Positions 35,701 to 49,809 are shown, counted from the whole stretch's first letter. The stretch is DNA of 63,540 nt, filler included, from Jimgerdemannia flammicorona (GCA_003990765.1; 2 parts of 2 records of this genome joined end to end with filler, not necessarily neighbours in it); one strand, 5' to 3'. Made by a program: numbers and translations. The notes: a model not told the origin generated them from the letters alone.

Positions 35701-38700
35701 GAGATTTTGATCAGAGTTTCCCTTGTGACGTCTCTCGCTTCTTGCTGGCGACTCTTCAGAATTTGACACACGGAAGTCAGTAAGCCAGGCAGATTAACAC
35801 GCATAGATTTCTCTGGCAAGGCTCTGAGAAGTTTCGTTATGGCCAAAGCCACGGGAACTCGAATCATCACGCTCGCCTCATCCCTGCTTGTGACGTATCG
35901 ATGAAGTTCCGGCAACAATTTCGCCACAATTATGTCGTGTATACGAAGAGCAAGGTCTTTCGAGGCGATTTGTGGTGAAGCGACTATGTCCTCATTCATT
36001 TCGGTTTCCTCGGTCTCTTCTTTCATTCCCTCTTCTGATGTAGGCTCCTCGGTTTCTTTTTCGATTTCGACAACCTCTGTCGCGGGAGCTCCGTCCATGT
36101 ATTGTAACACTACTTTCTGCCTCTTTTTGATAATCGCCTCCAGTGCTTCTTCCGAAACTTCTACGTCCGACAGATCAAAATGGAAATTATCGAGGATGTT
36201 GGTGACTACACGTACCAAAACCTTTTCCGAAGCCGATTTCCTCGGGATTAACTTGAGGTATTGCTTCAATAAAGTGTAGTAATTCCCCCAAGGTAGTTGG
36301 CCAGCTATGACGCCCATCGTTATCACACTTTCGTTGATGAGATTGTGATCCGCCACCTTGTCACTTTCGAAAATAAAGTGAGCAACCATAGGTGCAAAAA
36401 TGTTTGCCAATGTCATGGGCCTTAGCTTCCCCGCCGCGCAGTCAGCTGATAAACGTGTGAGAGCGCGGACACGTCGGTGTAATTGTATATGGTATATATT
36501 ATTGAAGAAGTTCGCCTCTTCATCGCCATCAGCAAGAAGAGTCACCATGTCAGCGAACTGAGGCTGTGTCGGGCATTTTTTCACTGCATGATCGAGAATT
36601 GTGACATACTCCATTCGGACCAGCTCGAACGATGACTTCATCCCCTTTTTAATTCCCGGGAAAATGACATGAGTCAAAGAGCTGATAAATTTCTCCTTGA
36701 GGGCCGGGTCCACGGTGTCTGCGCAACGATCGATGAAACGCGTCACAGCAAATGACGCATTGTTTCGAATCGACATTTCCTCCATGTCCTGCATGCTGAA
36801 CAAGAAGTTATGGAGCAAAGGTAGCCATTGGACGTCGTCAAAGACCATATGCAACTGCTGAGTGACCTTAGCGAAAGCATCAAGCCGTTTATCATAGTCG
36901 GGCTCGTCGAGTCGCCGCGCCGAATAGGAGTTAAGATCAGCGATTACCGCGGCCACGTCGGCTAGAGAATTATCGATTCTTGCAAATTCAGCAAAAACAC
37001 TCACTAAAAGTGTCCGGCATTCGCGGGTCGTGAGTGTCGAAAACATAAGGGAGATGTAGCTGTAATATCGCATAAACAAAGGCGTTCTCGATTGAAATTC
37101 CGGAATGATGCGTAAGAAGTTTGCCATAATTTGCAAAATGTTGGCTTTGGTCTTCTCCGGAACAGCGCGGGGGCTCTTCTTGAGGCTCGGGAGCAATAGA
37201 TCTATCAGCTTGGTCGCTTGTGGGCCATTATTGACATAGGTGGCGATTTGGGATAAGATGGCAATTTGGCGCACCGAGAACATATCCTTGCCGAACTTAG
37301 AATCTTCGCTCACTTTAGCTAAAGCATGTTCAAGATGATCTAGCAGACAATTGACGTGCGGAAGAAGAACCTTCTGTGTCAGAATCCTGCTGCCTCCGTC
37401 TAGTTCTCTCTCATCTGCGCACAACTCCAGAATGTTCTCGGTGATTTCCAGCACCATCGTGAGCACTGAATCTCGAAGTTTCTTGGCGGACATGATCGAA
37501 AATAGTTTGGCCAAGAGGTCCTTGTTGTAGTCCACTAAGAATTCGACATACTCCCTCCTAGTCGTCCAAACCGCAAACAACTCCATCAATGCCGACGGTG
37601 CCTGCGTGTTCTCTATGTCCAATTTCGGCACACGCGAGTTGATAAAGGAAAAGAACATAGCTGGTAGGTAAGGCCGAAAATCAAATGTGGCGCGTATCTT
37701 GAAGAACTCGACAATCCGTTTGATGCTCAGCTGCCTCACTTCGCGAGTACGTTTCATTTGGCCAACTCCGGAACGAGTAAATGAATCCGAGTTGTCAAGC
37801 TCAATGGGTTCGGCGGCGTTGTCGATTTGATTTTGTGAGGACAAGACCATGTACATGATAGCTTTCAGGAGCTTTGGGACGAACGGAATCAGATAAGCTC
37901 CAAGTTGCCTCAAAACGTCCTCGAGAATATGAAGATAGCCGATTTGTTTTCTCCACGAAACAGCGTCAATGATATTGACACCATCCATGAACGTGAATTC
38001 GTCATTCATTATGTCCGGCAAATCGCGGATGAGGGTGAACGGCTCTAGCATCAGATCCACGAATAGAACCAACTCGTTTTCAGGACACCCAACGAGGGCA
38101 CCCAGCACAGCTGTCCTACGAGCTCCCATCCCACCCTTTGCTGAGCCTTTGCCCTTTCTCGCCACCATGCGACCGTAGAGAATCCGAACAACGATTGGCA
38201 TCAATTCCGCGCGATGAGCAAGGTTGATCTCGCTCCTGTCCCGATCTAACGCGAATGTGGACAACTCGTCTCGGAATTTTATCTCGTCGACCAGGCTTTT
38301 CAAGTTGTCGGCGTATGGTACAATCGATGACGATTTCCATGTGAGTAAGCAATCCAAGGCTAGAGCTTGCACCTTCGTGTCACCCTTCGTCAAAAGACGT
38401 AGGTAAAAATTGTACAGTTCTGGCGCTTTGAATATCGATCGTGGCGCGTTGAATTTAGCAAAGAGTTGGAGCCATACGGTAATATTTGCTTTGGCAATCT
38501 TGGGCGAATGCTCCAGGAGGTTGAGGTTGCCATGGGTATCAATGTCCATGCCATCTTTGTCCCCGTCATCATCGTCCTTGCCGTGGTCATCTTTGTCATC
38601 CTCGAGAACAGGTTCATACTCCTTTTCGACGAACTCAAGGAAAATCGGGACGAGAAGCCTCGAGTGCTGTTCAGCAACGGCGATCATTTGCGTGAGAGCT

Positions 38701-41700
38701 TTGAGGAGGAGGGAATAGTAGTTCCAGTAATCCATACGTTCACAGTCGGGATTGCAGCTCTACGTTGACGTGTATTCAAGATTTAGTTTAATGCGTGAGG
38801 TATACACCCCCGTCAAACGATTCAATGATAGGATTTCGCTGAGTAAATTCACTTACCGATACAAACTGCATCACAAAACTTTTGAAAAGATTCGACCCAA
38901 TAAACTCATCCCCTTGTACTCCTGCCCTTATATGCTTGTTGTGATTGGGACATTCGAATGACAATCCTCCGGTCTTGGGTGCAGCGCTGAATAATGCTTT
39001 CCTTGGGGCGGAGTATGCGCTGAGGACTTGCCTCGAAAAACTATTTTCCATAAGCAGCGCCTCGTTATCGAAACGTATCAACTCATTGTATATTATATCC
39101 CAAACCGTCTTTGGATCTATTTGACATACTCTCTCCAGAATGCCGATCGCTTCGTTCCAGAGTGGCTGCAGATTAATGGTCAACAATCCTATAATAAAAT
39201 GAATATTACTGTTAAAACATCTCAATAACAATAACAATAATAATAATAAGATTACCATGACAATAATAATCAACTTACCCAAGCATAATCTGGGCACTAC
39301 TTCAGCGTAAAATGCCGGTACTTTTCGTAATCCAACCAGCACGCCCAACTCTCGTAACTGCATCGTTTTCTCGCGATACATCGTCACGGTTGCTTCGACC
39401 TCTTCAACGGATACAGCAAGCGAAAGCACTTCGCACGGCTCGTCGTGTTTTGAACCTTCAGAACGTGTCAACATAAACTGATCAAAGAGACCGAGGATCC
39501 GCAGGGTATATAAACGACGTTGGTGATGGACAGAGCTGATGTTGTTTTTGAGATGGGGAAATATCATTTCCAATACGGATGTACCAAATAATGATCCGTA
39601 GCTGAGTCGCATTACAGACGTTGGGTGCAAAGATGAATACCAAACCGCAAGGAACCCAAGCGAGAATTGAAACCATACAAAAGTTACATATGTATTAGAT
39701 ATAGATCAAATTTGATCCACTGAGATATGTCAATTCCAAATGTCATCTTGGTACGAACCTCGATTTGAGCGTTTCCAAATACGCCATCACGCCTCGTAGC
39801 ACCACCTCATTCCTTCCGAATTTAAGCAATGCCTCCAACACAATTTTATCCCACAACTCCGATAGGGCTTTCGCGCCGTTCGTACCTGCGTTATGACTGA
39901 CTTTAGCAAGTGCCTCGATGGTTAAACCAAGCAGGCTTTCGATGACCATAGTGGCTGACCCTTGCACAAAAGGCGCGTTGATAGGTGATGCATCGCTTGA
40001 GATCACTGACGACAAATGATCGAGGAGGGAAGTGAGAAGAGAAGACAACGAAGGATGGATCAAGTGGTGCGGGATTGACACGTGCGGTAGAATGTTCAGA
40101 GCGGCTGAAATGATGGTGATTCGGAAAAGCTTGTTGATATCCTGCAATGAGATATTGAGATGCATATAATATATGTAGAAACACGATAAACATCTTCCGA
40201 CAGTAGTTGTTTGACCAATGGGGCCCATCCTTTATAGTACGCCATCCCGAACCGAAGGAGTGGGTAGTGACGACATAAAAACGAACCCACCTGCTCAAAT
40301 TCCACAAGATTCAACGACGCTGTTTCCTTTCCCCAATCATATTTATCTTCCACAATCTTCAACAATCCCGTGACTAATCCAGCGCCATATTTTGCCTCAA
40401 CTTTCTTGTCTGGGAAGAGGTCGTTTGAGAATATTAGCAACCCTTCCTTTGTGATCATGGACGAGACCAGCCCTGTCGATAAGTTAAGCGCGTTCGACGA
40501 CAATAAATGAGCCAGGAAAATAATGACGTGCGTCGGGTGTGTGTTAAAACTTGCAGCGGAATATCTGCAAGTGGTGATTGGAAGTAATGGTAATCAGTGC
40601 CACAAACTTGGCAATGCAACATTTGGGCGTTACTACTCACTTAATAATGTAGGGCAGCATGATCTGGGTGTATTTGTCCCAACCCAACTTGAACAAACTC
40701 ACTGCAAAACACAACACCGGAACGGGATCCTGTATAACATCAAGATAATCAGGGCGTGACTATGAAAACCATGACTCTTAGTTGCAAGTAACAATAATTG
40801 ATTTACCTTGAATTGGAACACTGTGTCCAGAATTATTTTTCCCCCAACCAAAACGTCTTCTAGCTTCGCGTACATGAGGAGAGCCGAAGAAGTTTTCAAC
40901 ACCTGCTGTACCAAAAATGGCGAAGGTGTGGAATCGGCGCCGAAAACAATCTGCGCAATGGTTTGTGTTCTCGCGAAAATTGGCTTGAAATCTATTGCAA
41001 AGCATGTTCGCGACCATGCAACGGTCAATGGTTATGATTCTGTGCAACCTGTGGATTCCTTAATAACGTCGCATAAAATCTTCCATTCTCACCTGATATG
41101 CGACTCGCCTTCCTTACCGACCCACAGATTGCAAGCATAGCCATCATTTCGCCCATCCGTATCAGTGCGTCATCCGCTATTTTACTCGGCTGTTTCTTCG
41201 TCCTCTCGGCAACGGCAATTTGAACATCAAGCTCCGCGAGAAGCATGTCAACAAGTGGGGCAAAGTGCTCCCGTTTCGAATGATGTAGCAATAGAATGAA
41301 AGTTTTCGATAGCATGCGAAAAGTGGTGTTTTGTGCTTTAATTTGAAATAGAGATTGGACAATTTTGTGTTAACTCGCTAATACACCATGCCAAAAAAAC
41401 AAGCACATGCTGCCGTGGAAAACTGGAGAAGGAGAAAATTATCTTACAGATGCTTTCACTAGTGACCGACTCCTCTATCATTTGTTGCACCAGCACCTGC
41501 ATAATCGCAACCCCCCGCGAATGAAGCCTGTTATCCACTTGCTGTTATAACCGTTAGTCACAAACAAGTTGTGCTCGTGAGGGTGAGTATAAATCTATGT
41601 CAGATGGTAGTCTTATACAAAGTCATCAAGTTTCATGCTTCATGACCCACCTTTACTGCCTCGAAGAATACCATTGCCAACCCTTCCACATATTCTTCCG

Positions 41701-42869
41701 TTGGCATCGCTCGCAGCGACTCAAGCATGTAGTGTACAATAGTGGTCAGGTCCTTGCCCCGCGCCTTTCGGATGAGGAATGCAAAGGCTTCGGCAGCAAA
41801 GTGGCGGATGTATGGTTTCTGATGATGTTCTCCGAGCAGTGGAGCAAGGAGGCTAGATAACAGGAGAAGGGAAGGAAAGGGAAATCCGAATTTTTGAGCA
41901 CATGCAAATCGAAATATATTCCTGCCTGGGATTGATCCGCGCCAAATTAATAAAATAAGTGAAAAATTCACATACCGGAATGTTAAACATAAGTCTGCCA
42001 CAATTTGCTTTGATAAATATTTGAAAAGGTACGCTATGCAATTGAAACATGACTGATCAACAGTAGAAAAACGTAAGAGGTCGTAAAAGGTTAGCCACTA
42101 TAACTCGACAACCCATTTGTGAGTTTTGCAGACAAGCAGTTCAAATTTTCTAAAATACCTCTAATGTCTTTACATCTTGATTATTTACAAGTGGCAAAAT
42201 GACGGAAAAAATCTGTTCAAAGTACGGGTAGAATTCGCCTTCGAGATCTTTTGCTAGCTTGGTAACAAGACTGAGGGAAAACAGGGAAAATTAGCCAGCT
42301 TTCAATTTATGATGCATATTCTGGTGAAAAACGGCAAGATACCCACTCCAACAGTGGCTCAAGCGCCAGACTATCCCGAATCCTCAAATGAGTCTCAAGC
42401 GCGGCAGCAATCTTTTCTTTGTGGTATAGGAGCTGTGCAAGCGACTGTACGTATTTTTCTGTTTCGCGAATGAACGCGACGAATTGGGAGGTCAAATTCA
42501 GCTCTTTCCAGGATTGAAGCGCCTCGTTGAAAAAAGTGTTGTGCTCCTGAGGTTACGGTGTCAAAGGAATAATCAGTTTCTTTAATGCATTTCGCCTAAA
42601 GTGGAAGTTGAGAACACTATCTCCGAGATAAAACAGGAACAGGAACAATACTGTACCCCTGGCTCCTCTTCAACTTTTCGGATGCGGTGGACGACATCAA
42701 TTTTGAGGCTCTCGACGCGAACCTTGAATGGTTGAAACTATCCGTGCAACAAATGATTTTAGCAGGAGGCAATTGGATGATATTAACGGGTACTTTATTC
42801 TGGCTCTACCTTGTATCGGTTCACGCCCTCTCCGTTGTTCAGATCCTTCGTAGCAATGGCGTCCTTCAT
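32708..42869 (-). CDS. UTP20: U3 snoRNP/SSU processome HEAT-repeat protein Utp20, multi-exon with a very large internal exon
   Basis: N-terminus FQPFKVRVESLKID, WKELNLT, HQKPYIRHFAAEAFAFL. The 1828-aa ORF has FRDEL, DEPDYDKRL, FFNNIYHIQLHRRVRAL, LLRGYMLHVL and FLLDYPQG...YVYESGRES. Basic C-terminus. Confidence 0.96.
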
Positions 42870-43033
42870 TCTGTAATGGTTCAGTGATGGTTCCGAACAC
42901 GGAATACTCGCGTTCAGAAAAAGAAGAAAAAATAATTAACACAGTCATATGATGACGTCGTTTGCCACGTGTCCTGCCTAATGGAATCACTTTTTGAATT
43001 CGTACGTTTGTGGCTTAGCTCATCCTGTAAGCC

Positions 43034-44797
43034 ATGGAGTTCCCTCAACTGGGAACAAACTGCGTTCAGCTCGACTGCGAACAACTCGGTATGCCGCTTA
43101 TCTCTCACCGCAGACGGCACGCCTCACTACCACTTGAAACCTTTTCTTACCCAATTTTTTGCCATTTCTTCACCCAAGAGACTTCCTCCCCTTCATATGC
43201 CAACTTTGCGAGCAAACATTTTGGTGTGCCTTGGAGATATCTCAACTACGTGTTAACGGCAGTCTGCCTGGATTGCTGGAAGGCTTTGGTAGTCATTGCT
43301 GACTACCTATGTTATTATTTCAGCTTGCAACACCGGTTGCCAACGGATCACAAGTGCGAGCTCTGGGAGCAAGCAAACAAGGTATATATAAATTCGGTTT
43401 TCTTATTCTTGAATCAAACGGGAACATTATCAATTGTCAAGCGACTGATGTGTTGTTTTTGCTCAGAATCTACAAAAATGCCCAACCTGCAACTCGTTTG
43501 TCTTTATCCCCAAGCACTTGGGAAAGGAGACCATCTCCACTCAAGAAACGGTATCTATTGCTGAATGAGCGAATTTTAAGATATTCATGAAGTTTATTGC
43601 GTGAACATATCTTTCATCAGTTGTTTACTTTTCGATTGGGGTACGTGGACCTTTCAACAAACAGCTCGAACTACACCTCGCCTCCGCGTGCCAGAACTAC
43701 GTGTTCTCGCCCTCGGCAAAGATCGAGCCTGTGCAATGTCATTTAGCAGGCTGCGGCGATGTAGAGAAGTACGTGGGTGGCGTGAAATGCGAGGGTTGTA
43801 AAGAAAAATTTTGCCTGAAGTAATTATCGCTCTTATTTATTATTGATTTTGTTTGAAGAGTGACTCTCGAGAAAATTGATCGAAATTTATGAGATCTCGC
43901 AACCCACTAATCAATTCCTTGGTGGAAATCATGAATGCCACCAGACACCGAAGCCCCCTTGTACATGCCTGCTCTTCGCTCGACGCCCTTGAGGTACAAA
44001 AGCAACGGAAGCGGCAGGCGGCACAGGAACTATTGGCCCAAACATTCTTCAAAAAGACGGCAGCAGACGGGACATCTGCTGCAGACTTAGCGAAGAAGGC
44101 TAAGGCAGCCTCGACCCCAAGGCCTGTGAAAGGGAGTCGGACGGTGGAAGTGATAAAGATGAAGGCGAGCGCGCGGGTGGGGGGTTTTTTTCTTTCTTTT
44201 CTGTTTTTCTTGTTGATCTAGCGACACATTCTCACCAATATAACACTGATGGCAGGGTGACGCATCTATCCCGCAAGCGTCACGTTTGTATCTGCACGTG
44301 CGCTTCCCTGTGGAAGCTGGGCTACCAAATAAATCCATGTTCATGGATAAGGTGGGGTCATTTTGGATCTGGCTTGTGGGTTCCATCAACATTAATGGAT
44401 CAACCCCAGGCTTGATACCTCTCTTTTGACTTCCTTTTTGATACATGAATCGCATCGATTATAGAATTGGACTGTCGGCCGGGCGCTCGACAAAATCGCA
44501 GACACAGGCAAAATCCTGAACGTGAACAATCGCGTCGCAGAAGACGATGGGGAGGTGAGTCAGGAGAAGCGGGTTTGTTTCTCCGCATTGTTGATGAATT
44601 TTTACGATAGATGATTGATTGTCTCTTGCTTTCCGACAACGCAGCGCTTGCACTTGTACAAACTCTCCGATACCACTGGCGACGTGGAGCAGATAGCCAA
44701 TGGCCAGCGGCTGGATGCGGTGTTAGAGAGTGCGGATGAGGTGATGTTGGAGCGGTGGAAGGTGTGGGGGGATAAATGTAGTGGGTTGCGATCATGA
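43034..44797 (+). CDS. AN1-type zinc finger protein (Cuz1/ZFAND1-like), multi-exon
   Basis: Spliced MEFPQLGTNCVQLDCEQL|DFLPFICQLCEQTFC|LQHRLPTDHKC, a second AN1 with RHRSPLVHAC, MKASAR|GDASIPQASRLYLHV and VGRALDKIA. Confidence 0.9.
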
Positions 44798-44954
44798 TTA
44801 ATAGAATGAGGGCGTTGTGGTGGGCTGATTGGGCGCAGTCACTTGGGGTAAGTCGTGGTTCAACAAATCGGACTGGCAGTCCCGTTAGGCTCGTTTCGGA
44901 ACTTCATTATTGTCCGCATGTCCACCACGCTCCCTGGGAGTCTGACCCCGACCA

Positions 44955-46281
44955 ATGCTGGAACTCACCACACCACGCAAACGACCCAATACTGCTCCCG
45001 CCATACCCTCGCCGAGCCACCCCCTGGACGATGTTGACAAGTTCGAGCCACCACAATTACACCCGAAAACCAACCCAGCCCTTGGATTCTTGCCCGATCC
45101 CGCGACGAACGACACGGGGTTGCAGTCTTCGTCGGTTCAAGAGTTGTTGCTGTTCGACTCCAAGTTTTCAAGGCAGCTCAGAGATCGGACGACCACCACC
45201 GTGGAGCGCACGATGACGGAACAGGCTGATGAGACGCGGGGTTGGAATGCCAAGAGTGGTGAAAAGAGGGTCATCGTGCACAAGGTTCTGCCGTCGGATA
45301 CCTTGGCAGGCGTGGCGTTGTTTTATGGGATCGCGGTATGCTCATTGTAGAGTTTGGTGTTTTGCTTATGCGAATCTATTCATATATTGGGCTCTTCCCT
45401 AATGAGCGACCTTTACCCTTGCCGTCTGACAGATTTCGACTTTGAAAAGGGTCAACAAGCTCTGGTCCAACGACTCCATCCACATGCGTGTAGAGCTCTT
45501 CATCCCGCTGGACGAGTGCGCTGCCCTACGAGAAGACGGGACGGTCACCGTGGACGACCAAGCTTCGCGCGTCACCATCGTGAAAAAACGGCACATATAT
45601 GGCATCTCTTCGAACGACTCAGGTACTCCAAGCACATCGTCGTTCGACCAACAACTCAACAACAACACTGGCGTTGTCCCCGCGGCTACATTGCTTGCGT
45701 CGACCATGCCTCTGGCGGATCCCGCCGACCTCCATCTACCAAACACAACCTCGATACTTCCATACCCAAACCCGCGCCGCTCAAACTCGTCACTCTCAAC
45801 CGTCTCCACACTATACCAAATATCCTCTTCCCTACACGCCCAGTCCTCCTTTCCGACCACCCATACCACCACGACCGTCATCACGGCTTCGATACAAACC
45901 CTCCCCGCCGCACAATTTTCCTTTTTTCCACCCACCCGAAACTCCGACATTATCAAGCACCGCAGCACGCATATGCCACCTTTCTCATCCCCTTCGTCCG
46001 CCACATCATCGACGCGCCCGTCCGACGAGTCCTCGTCGCGATCATCGGCGACCTCGACATCGTCGGTGGGATCGTTATCGAAGCGCAAGAAGCGAGGAAC
46101 GATGAACCAGAACCCGGCATCAGAGGTCTCCGTTATGGGAACGATCATGGAGCGGCTGGATACGTGCGGGATACCGGTGTACAGGACGCGGAGGAGGAGC
46201 GAGGATGGGGATGGGGTTGGGAGGAAGGCGCGGAGTAGGGACGGGGTGGAGGAGGATGGGGTGACGTGGTTTCGGATGTAG
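44955..46281 (+). CDS. Non-secreted single-LysM-domain protein, 2 exons
   Basis: LysM split by intron 45336-45432: VHKVLPSDTLAGVALFYGIA|ISTLKRVNKLWSNDSIHMRVELFIP. S/T/P-rich tail, no signal peptide. Confidence 0.9.
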
Positions 46282-46552
46282 AGGGGCTGAGAAAAATGAT
46301 TTGGGGGGGAGGGGAGGAAATGGAAGAGAGAATAGGTAAAGAAAGTGTGGTTTGAATTGTTATAGGTATGTAATAAGATTAGTTTGTAAATAGGACACAA
46401 GGTAGATATAATTACATTTTAGCCCAGTATGGAATTTTGGAGGATGATAAGTATATACGTGACCGAAATTAATATCCCACCCACCCACCCTGCTTGACCC
46501 CCCCCCCCCCCACCACTCTCCACTCTCTTTATACTACTGCGCTCGACAAACA

Positions 46553-48238
46553 ATGCCTATACCCACCCCCAACGAAGAGGATACAAACTCATTCATTCGC
46601 AACGCTCGCTTTCGCCGACCCCTTTTTACATTCTCTCAATCTGATGCACTCCCTTACGACCCTTTCATCCCCTCCCCATTCACTTCATCCCTGGACAACA
46701 CCGACGACCTCGTGCGCCGGGAGAACGAGCGCCGCGTGGACTCTCACCTGCTCCGTGTCCGCCGTGCTGCCCAGAGGCGAGGCGGCGTTGACTTGTTGTT
46801 CGAGGGGACCACCGTAGAGGACGACTCGCTCGAGGAGCCGACCGACGAGGACGAAACCGGCGACGACGTCCTGGGCGACCTTCTGGGTTACGCCGCTTTT
46901 TCGAGGCGTGTCTCCGCAAGGCCGTCCGCCACCGCTTCCACCTCAGCCATCGCAGATCTCGATGGTAACGGTGACCCGACCAACGATCCGTCGAGCAGGC
47001 GTGGTGGTGCCTCGCTCTTCGTTAACGACAACGACGTAGCAGATGTGTCCGGAAACTCCGCCACTACCGCCAATCCTTATGGGCATCCCATGTCTCTTCC
47101 GCCTGCCTCTCCCTTCGCCTCCGAGCAAATTTCCTCACTCCTCTTTGGTGCACTCAACACTGTGCTCTCGTACCGCCGCTCCTCCACTGTGCCGTTTCCT
47201 GCCCTGCCCCCCCCCGACCCTTCTTCCTCGGCGCCCTTGACAGTGGCTCCCACATCCCGCCGCTCGATGTCTTCCATACGATCATTTGAGCATGAAGGGA
47301 ACAATGAGAATGATCCAGAAGAAGAGGATGGGATGGATTTCGAGACCATGCTTCGTTTGCTGAGCGAGTCTATCGAACGTAGGACCCACGGGAACACCGA
47401 CGAACGAGGACATGAAGATGATGTGGACGGGGTTTTTGAAGGCGAAGATCCGGCCGTCGGTTTGAGAAACAGCCAGCGAAGGATGTGGGGCTGGGAGGCC
47501 GACTTCGACGACGACGACGACGAGGACACGGAGGATGATGAGGACGATGAGAACGAGGACGAAGACCAGGACGAGGGCGAGGATGGAGAACTGGACGACC
47601 GTGCCCTCGACGACTCCGACTCCGACTCCGACTCTATGGACTCGTACCCGCACGATGCCGCCTCCTCTCCCCGCTCCCCCATCCCCCAGTTCCGCGCCCG
47701 CCCGAACCTTTTCGCTTCCCAAACCCCCCCGAACCATCGCACCCAGCTCCATCCCGACAGCACCCCTCTTATGACGGCCCCATACCGTACACGATTCTTC
47801 GGCCCCCCGCCGGACCCGAACGGCGAGCGCCAGGAATCTCATGCGCGCCTCCACCAACACCTTGCGCAGCACCATAACTCACACACCCAGGACGACCGAC
47901 GTGTACTTCGGCACCGCGGCGTGCTACTCGACCCCGACGGCGTCCGGGTGTTTGGCGAGGGAGCCGCCGACGATGACGACACGGTTTGGAGCAGATTTAA
48001 AGGGAGGTCGGGCACCGGCACGGCGCGGTGGGGGTCCAGGGACGGACAAGAGGGCGGGGACGATGCGTATGAGGAGGATGACGTCGTGCACGCCGATCGG
48101 CGGGACGAGTTTTTGAGGAGGAGGAGGATCGCGGGAGGGTTGAGGGCTGGGTGGGCTGGTATCGAAGCTACAGGCTCGACACCGGATAGGGCGGATAGGC
48201 AGGTCGCAGGGTCAGAGGGTGCCCTTGTAGGGCGATGA
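46553..48238 (+). CDS. Hypothetical acidic, largely disordered protein (561 aa, single exon)
   Basis: Long GC-rich ORF with D/E tracts, preceded by a pyrimidine-rich leader and tatatac. No recognisable domain. Confidence 0.75.
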   Translation: MPIPTPNEEDTNSFIRNARFRRPLFTFSQSDALPYDPFIPSPFTSSLDNTDDLVRRENERRVDSHLLRVRRAAQRRGGVDLLFEGTTVEDDSLEEPTDEDETGDDVLGDLLGYAAFSRRVSARPSATASTSAIADLDGNGDPTNDPSSRRGGASLFVNDNDVADVSGNSATTANPYGHPMSLPPASPFASEQISSLLFGALNTVLSYRRSSTVPFPALPPPDPSSSAPLTVAPTSRRSMSSIRSFEHEGNNENDPEEEDGMDFETMLRLLSESIERRTHGNTDERGHEDDVDGVFEGEDPAVGLRNSQRRMWGWEADFDDDDDEDTEDDEDDENEDEDQDEGEDGELDDRALDDSDSDSDSMDSYPHDAASSPRSPIPQFRARPNLFASQTPPNHRTQLHPDSTPLMTAPYRTRFFGPPPDPNGERQESHARLHQHLAQHHNSHTQDDRRVLRHRGVLLDPDGVRVFGEGAADDDDTVWSRFKGRSGTGTARWGSRDGQEGGDDAYEEDDVVHADRRDEFLRRRRIAGGLRAGWAGIEATGSTPDRADRQVAGSEGALVGR

Positions 48239-48999
48239 GGGGCGGGGTAACCGATCTAGAAGTACAAATATAAGAAGGGGGAGAGGGTTATTTTCGATAT
48301 TGATAGATGAACGATCTTTGACAAGGACATCTAGACATCCAGCGGCGAAAGGGCTTTCAAAGATCGCATATGCAAATTGTATGAAGCCTTGATAACACAT
48401 AGGACTAACGCCCTGGCTTGTTATTTTACATCCACTCGGCACCTTTCCTCTCCGTCCTTCCACATTCTCTCATAGCCTTTCTCTCACTCACATTGTTCGC
48501 GGCTGATTTGTTCCTGATTTCCTCTCCCTAATATGCGCGGTATTCCTCCCATTTTGCGAGCAATTACTGTCCATACAAGTATATCTTTTGGCCTCGTGAG
48601 CCATATAAATGGCAAGCCTTGTGAGTCAACCTTGCGCGTCGTTACTCGCAGGTCGACTTAGCGCGAAACAGTAAAAGTCGCTCGTTGTGTTATAGAGACA
48701 GGGTAGGTTATCTATGACGGTGAAGTCTGAGCCGGATCCTAGGGACGATTTTGCGGTTTATTTAATCTTAGGATAATCATGGTGCTCGCGCTCGTTGGTT
48801 TTAGCAGCTTGGATACACATTTAAAACCTCGCGATGATTTGATATTAACTGATGAAATTAGAAGAACGAACAAAAATTTGATGCCCATGCAAGTGTGTCT
48901 ATCTAAGTAAGGTTTTATATCATCGAAAGCCATAACGTAAAGTTGAGCCCGACTTCCATTCTGCTGATCTGCACGATCGCAAGCCGCGATTCTGCCTGA

Positions 49000-49043
49000 T
49001 TCCATACGTCGTGGATCTCGCTTCCATACGTCGTGGATCTCGC
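49000..49043. repeat. Perfect 22-bp tandem duplication just downstream of the GPI2 stop
   Basis: ttccatacgtcgtggatctcgc x2. Confidence 0.9.
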
Positions 49044-49072
49044 CTGTGCAAAAGGGCACACCCGTGTCTCGC

Positions 49073-49778
49073 TCACTCGTCCGCAAGATTTCGCATGTGC
49101 TGCAACTTTGGGCGGGCCTCGTCCCATGGCCCGTGAATCTCGCTAATTAAAATGCAACAGTGAGATTGTTCACTTCAGCCTCCAAGAATCACACCGGAAA
49201 GGTGAACCCCCCCAAAAAGAAGGAAACCAGCGCCTTTCCGATCCCAGCATTCACTTACTTTTTGTATCTCTGGATCCAAATCAGCCAGTACGGACAACAG
49301 AACGTGATGAACGCCGAGGCCAGTATGTACAGAATCATGACGGCCTTGGAGATGGGTAAAAAAAGTGCTGTGGCCATCAGGAAGAGCAGGATCGTTAAGA
49401 TCACATTGCCTTTGGATGTCTGGCTCTGTGGAGTGATCAGGATAGGGTGGTGAATCTTTAGAAAATGTCTGGAAGGTAGAGGAAAATTGCAAGCCTTAAC
49501 ATCGCTCGCAATGATGGCGCATTTGATTTTCTGGCCTTTGCGGTTCTAACCTCTCCGAGACCAATTTTTCCAACCTCTACACCTACTTTGAGATAACGCC
49601 TAAAGATAGGGAATAACGCGAACCATTCGACCGCAAAGGACATGAGCCCGAAGACATGAGAGTTTGTCCCTAATCGACCTAATCGAGAGGCTAGCAGGAC
49701 TGATGCAAAGATGGCAGCGTTGGTAGACACAGAACCCGGGAACCTAACGAAGTTGAGTCGGAAAGCGTAGCAGGCCTA

Positions 49779-49809
<31 letters not shown>

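Noticed and set aside
33302..38768. Antisense and alternate-frame ORFs over UTP20
   Set aside because: Shadow ORFs of a long coding exon.
45354..48116. Long antisense and overlapping ORFs over the LysM and acidic genes
   Set aside because: Expected in GC-rich low-complexity coding DNA, with no independent motifs.
48240..49000. CpG-rich intergenic stretch as a possible ncRNA or tRNA
   Set aside because: No cloverleaf, snRNA or snoRNA box pattern could be supported by eye.
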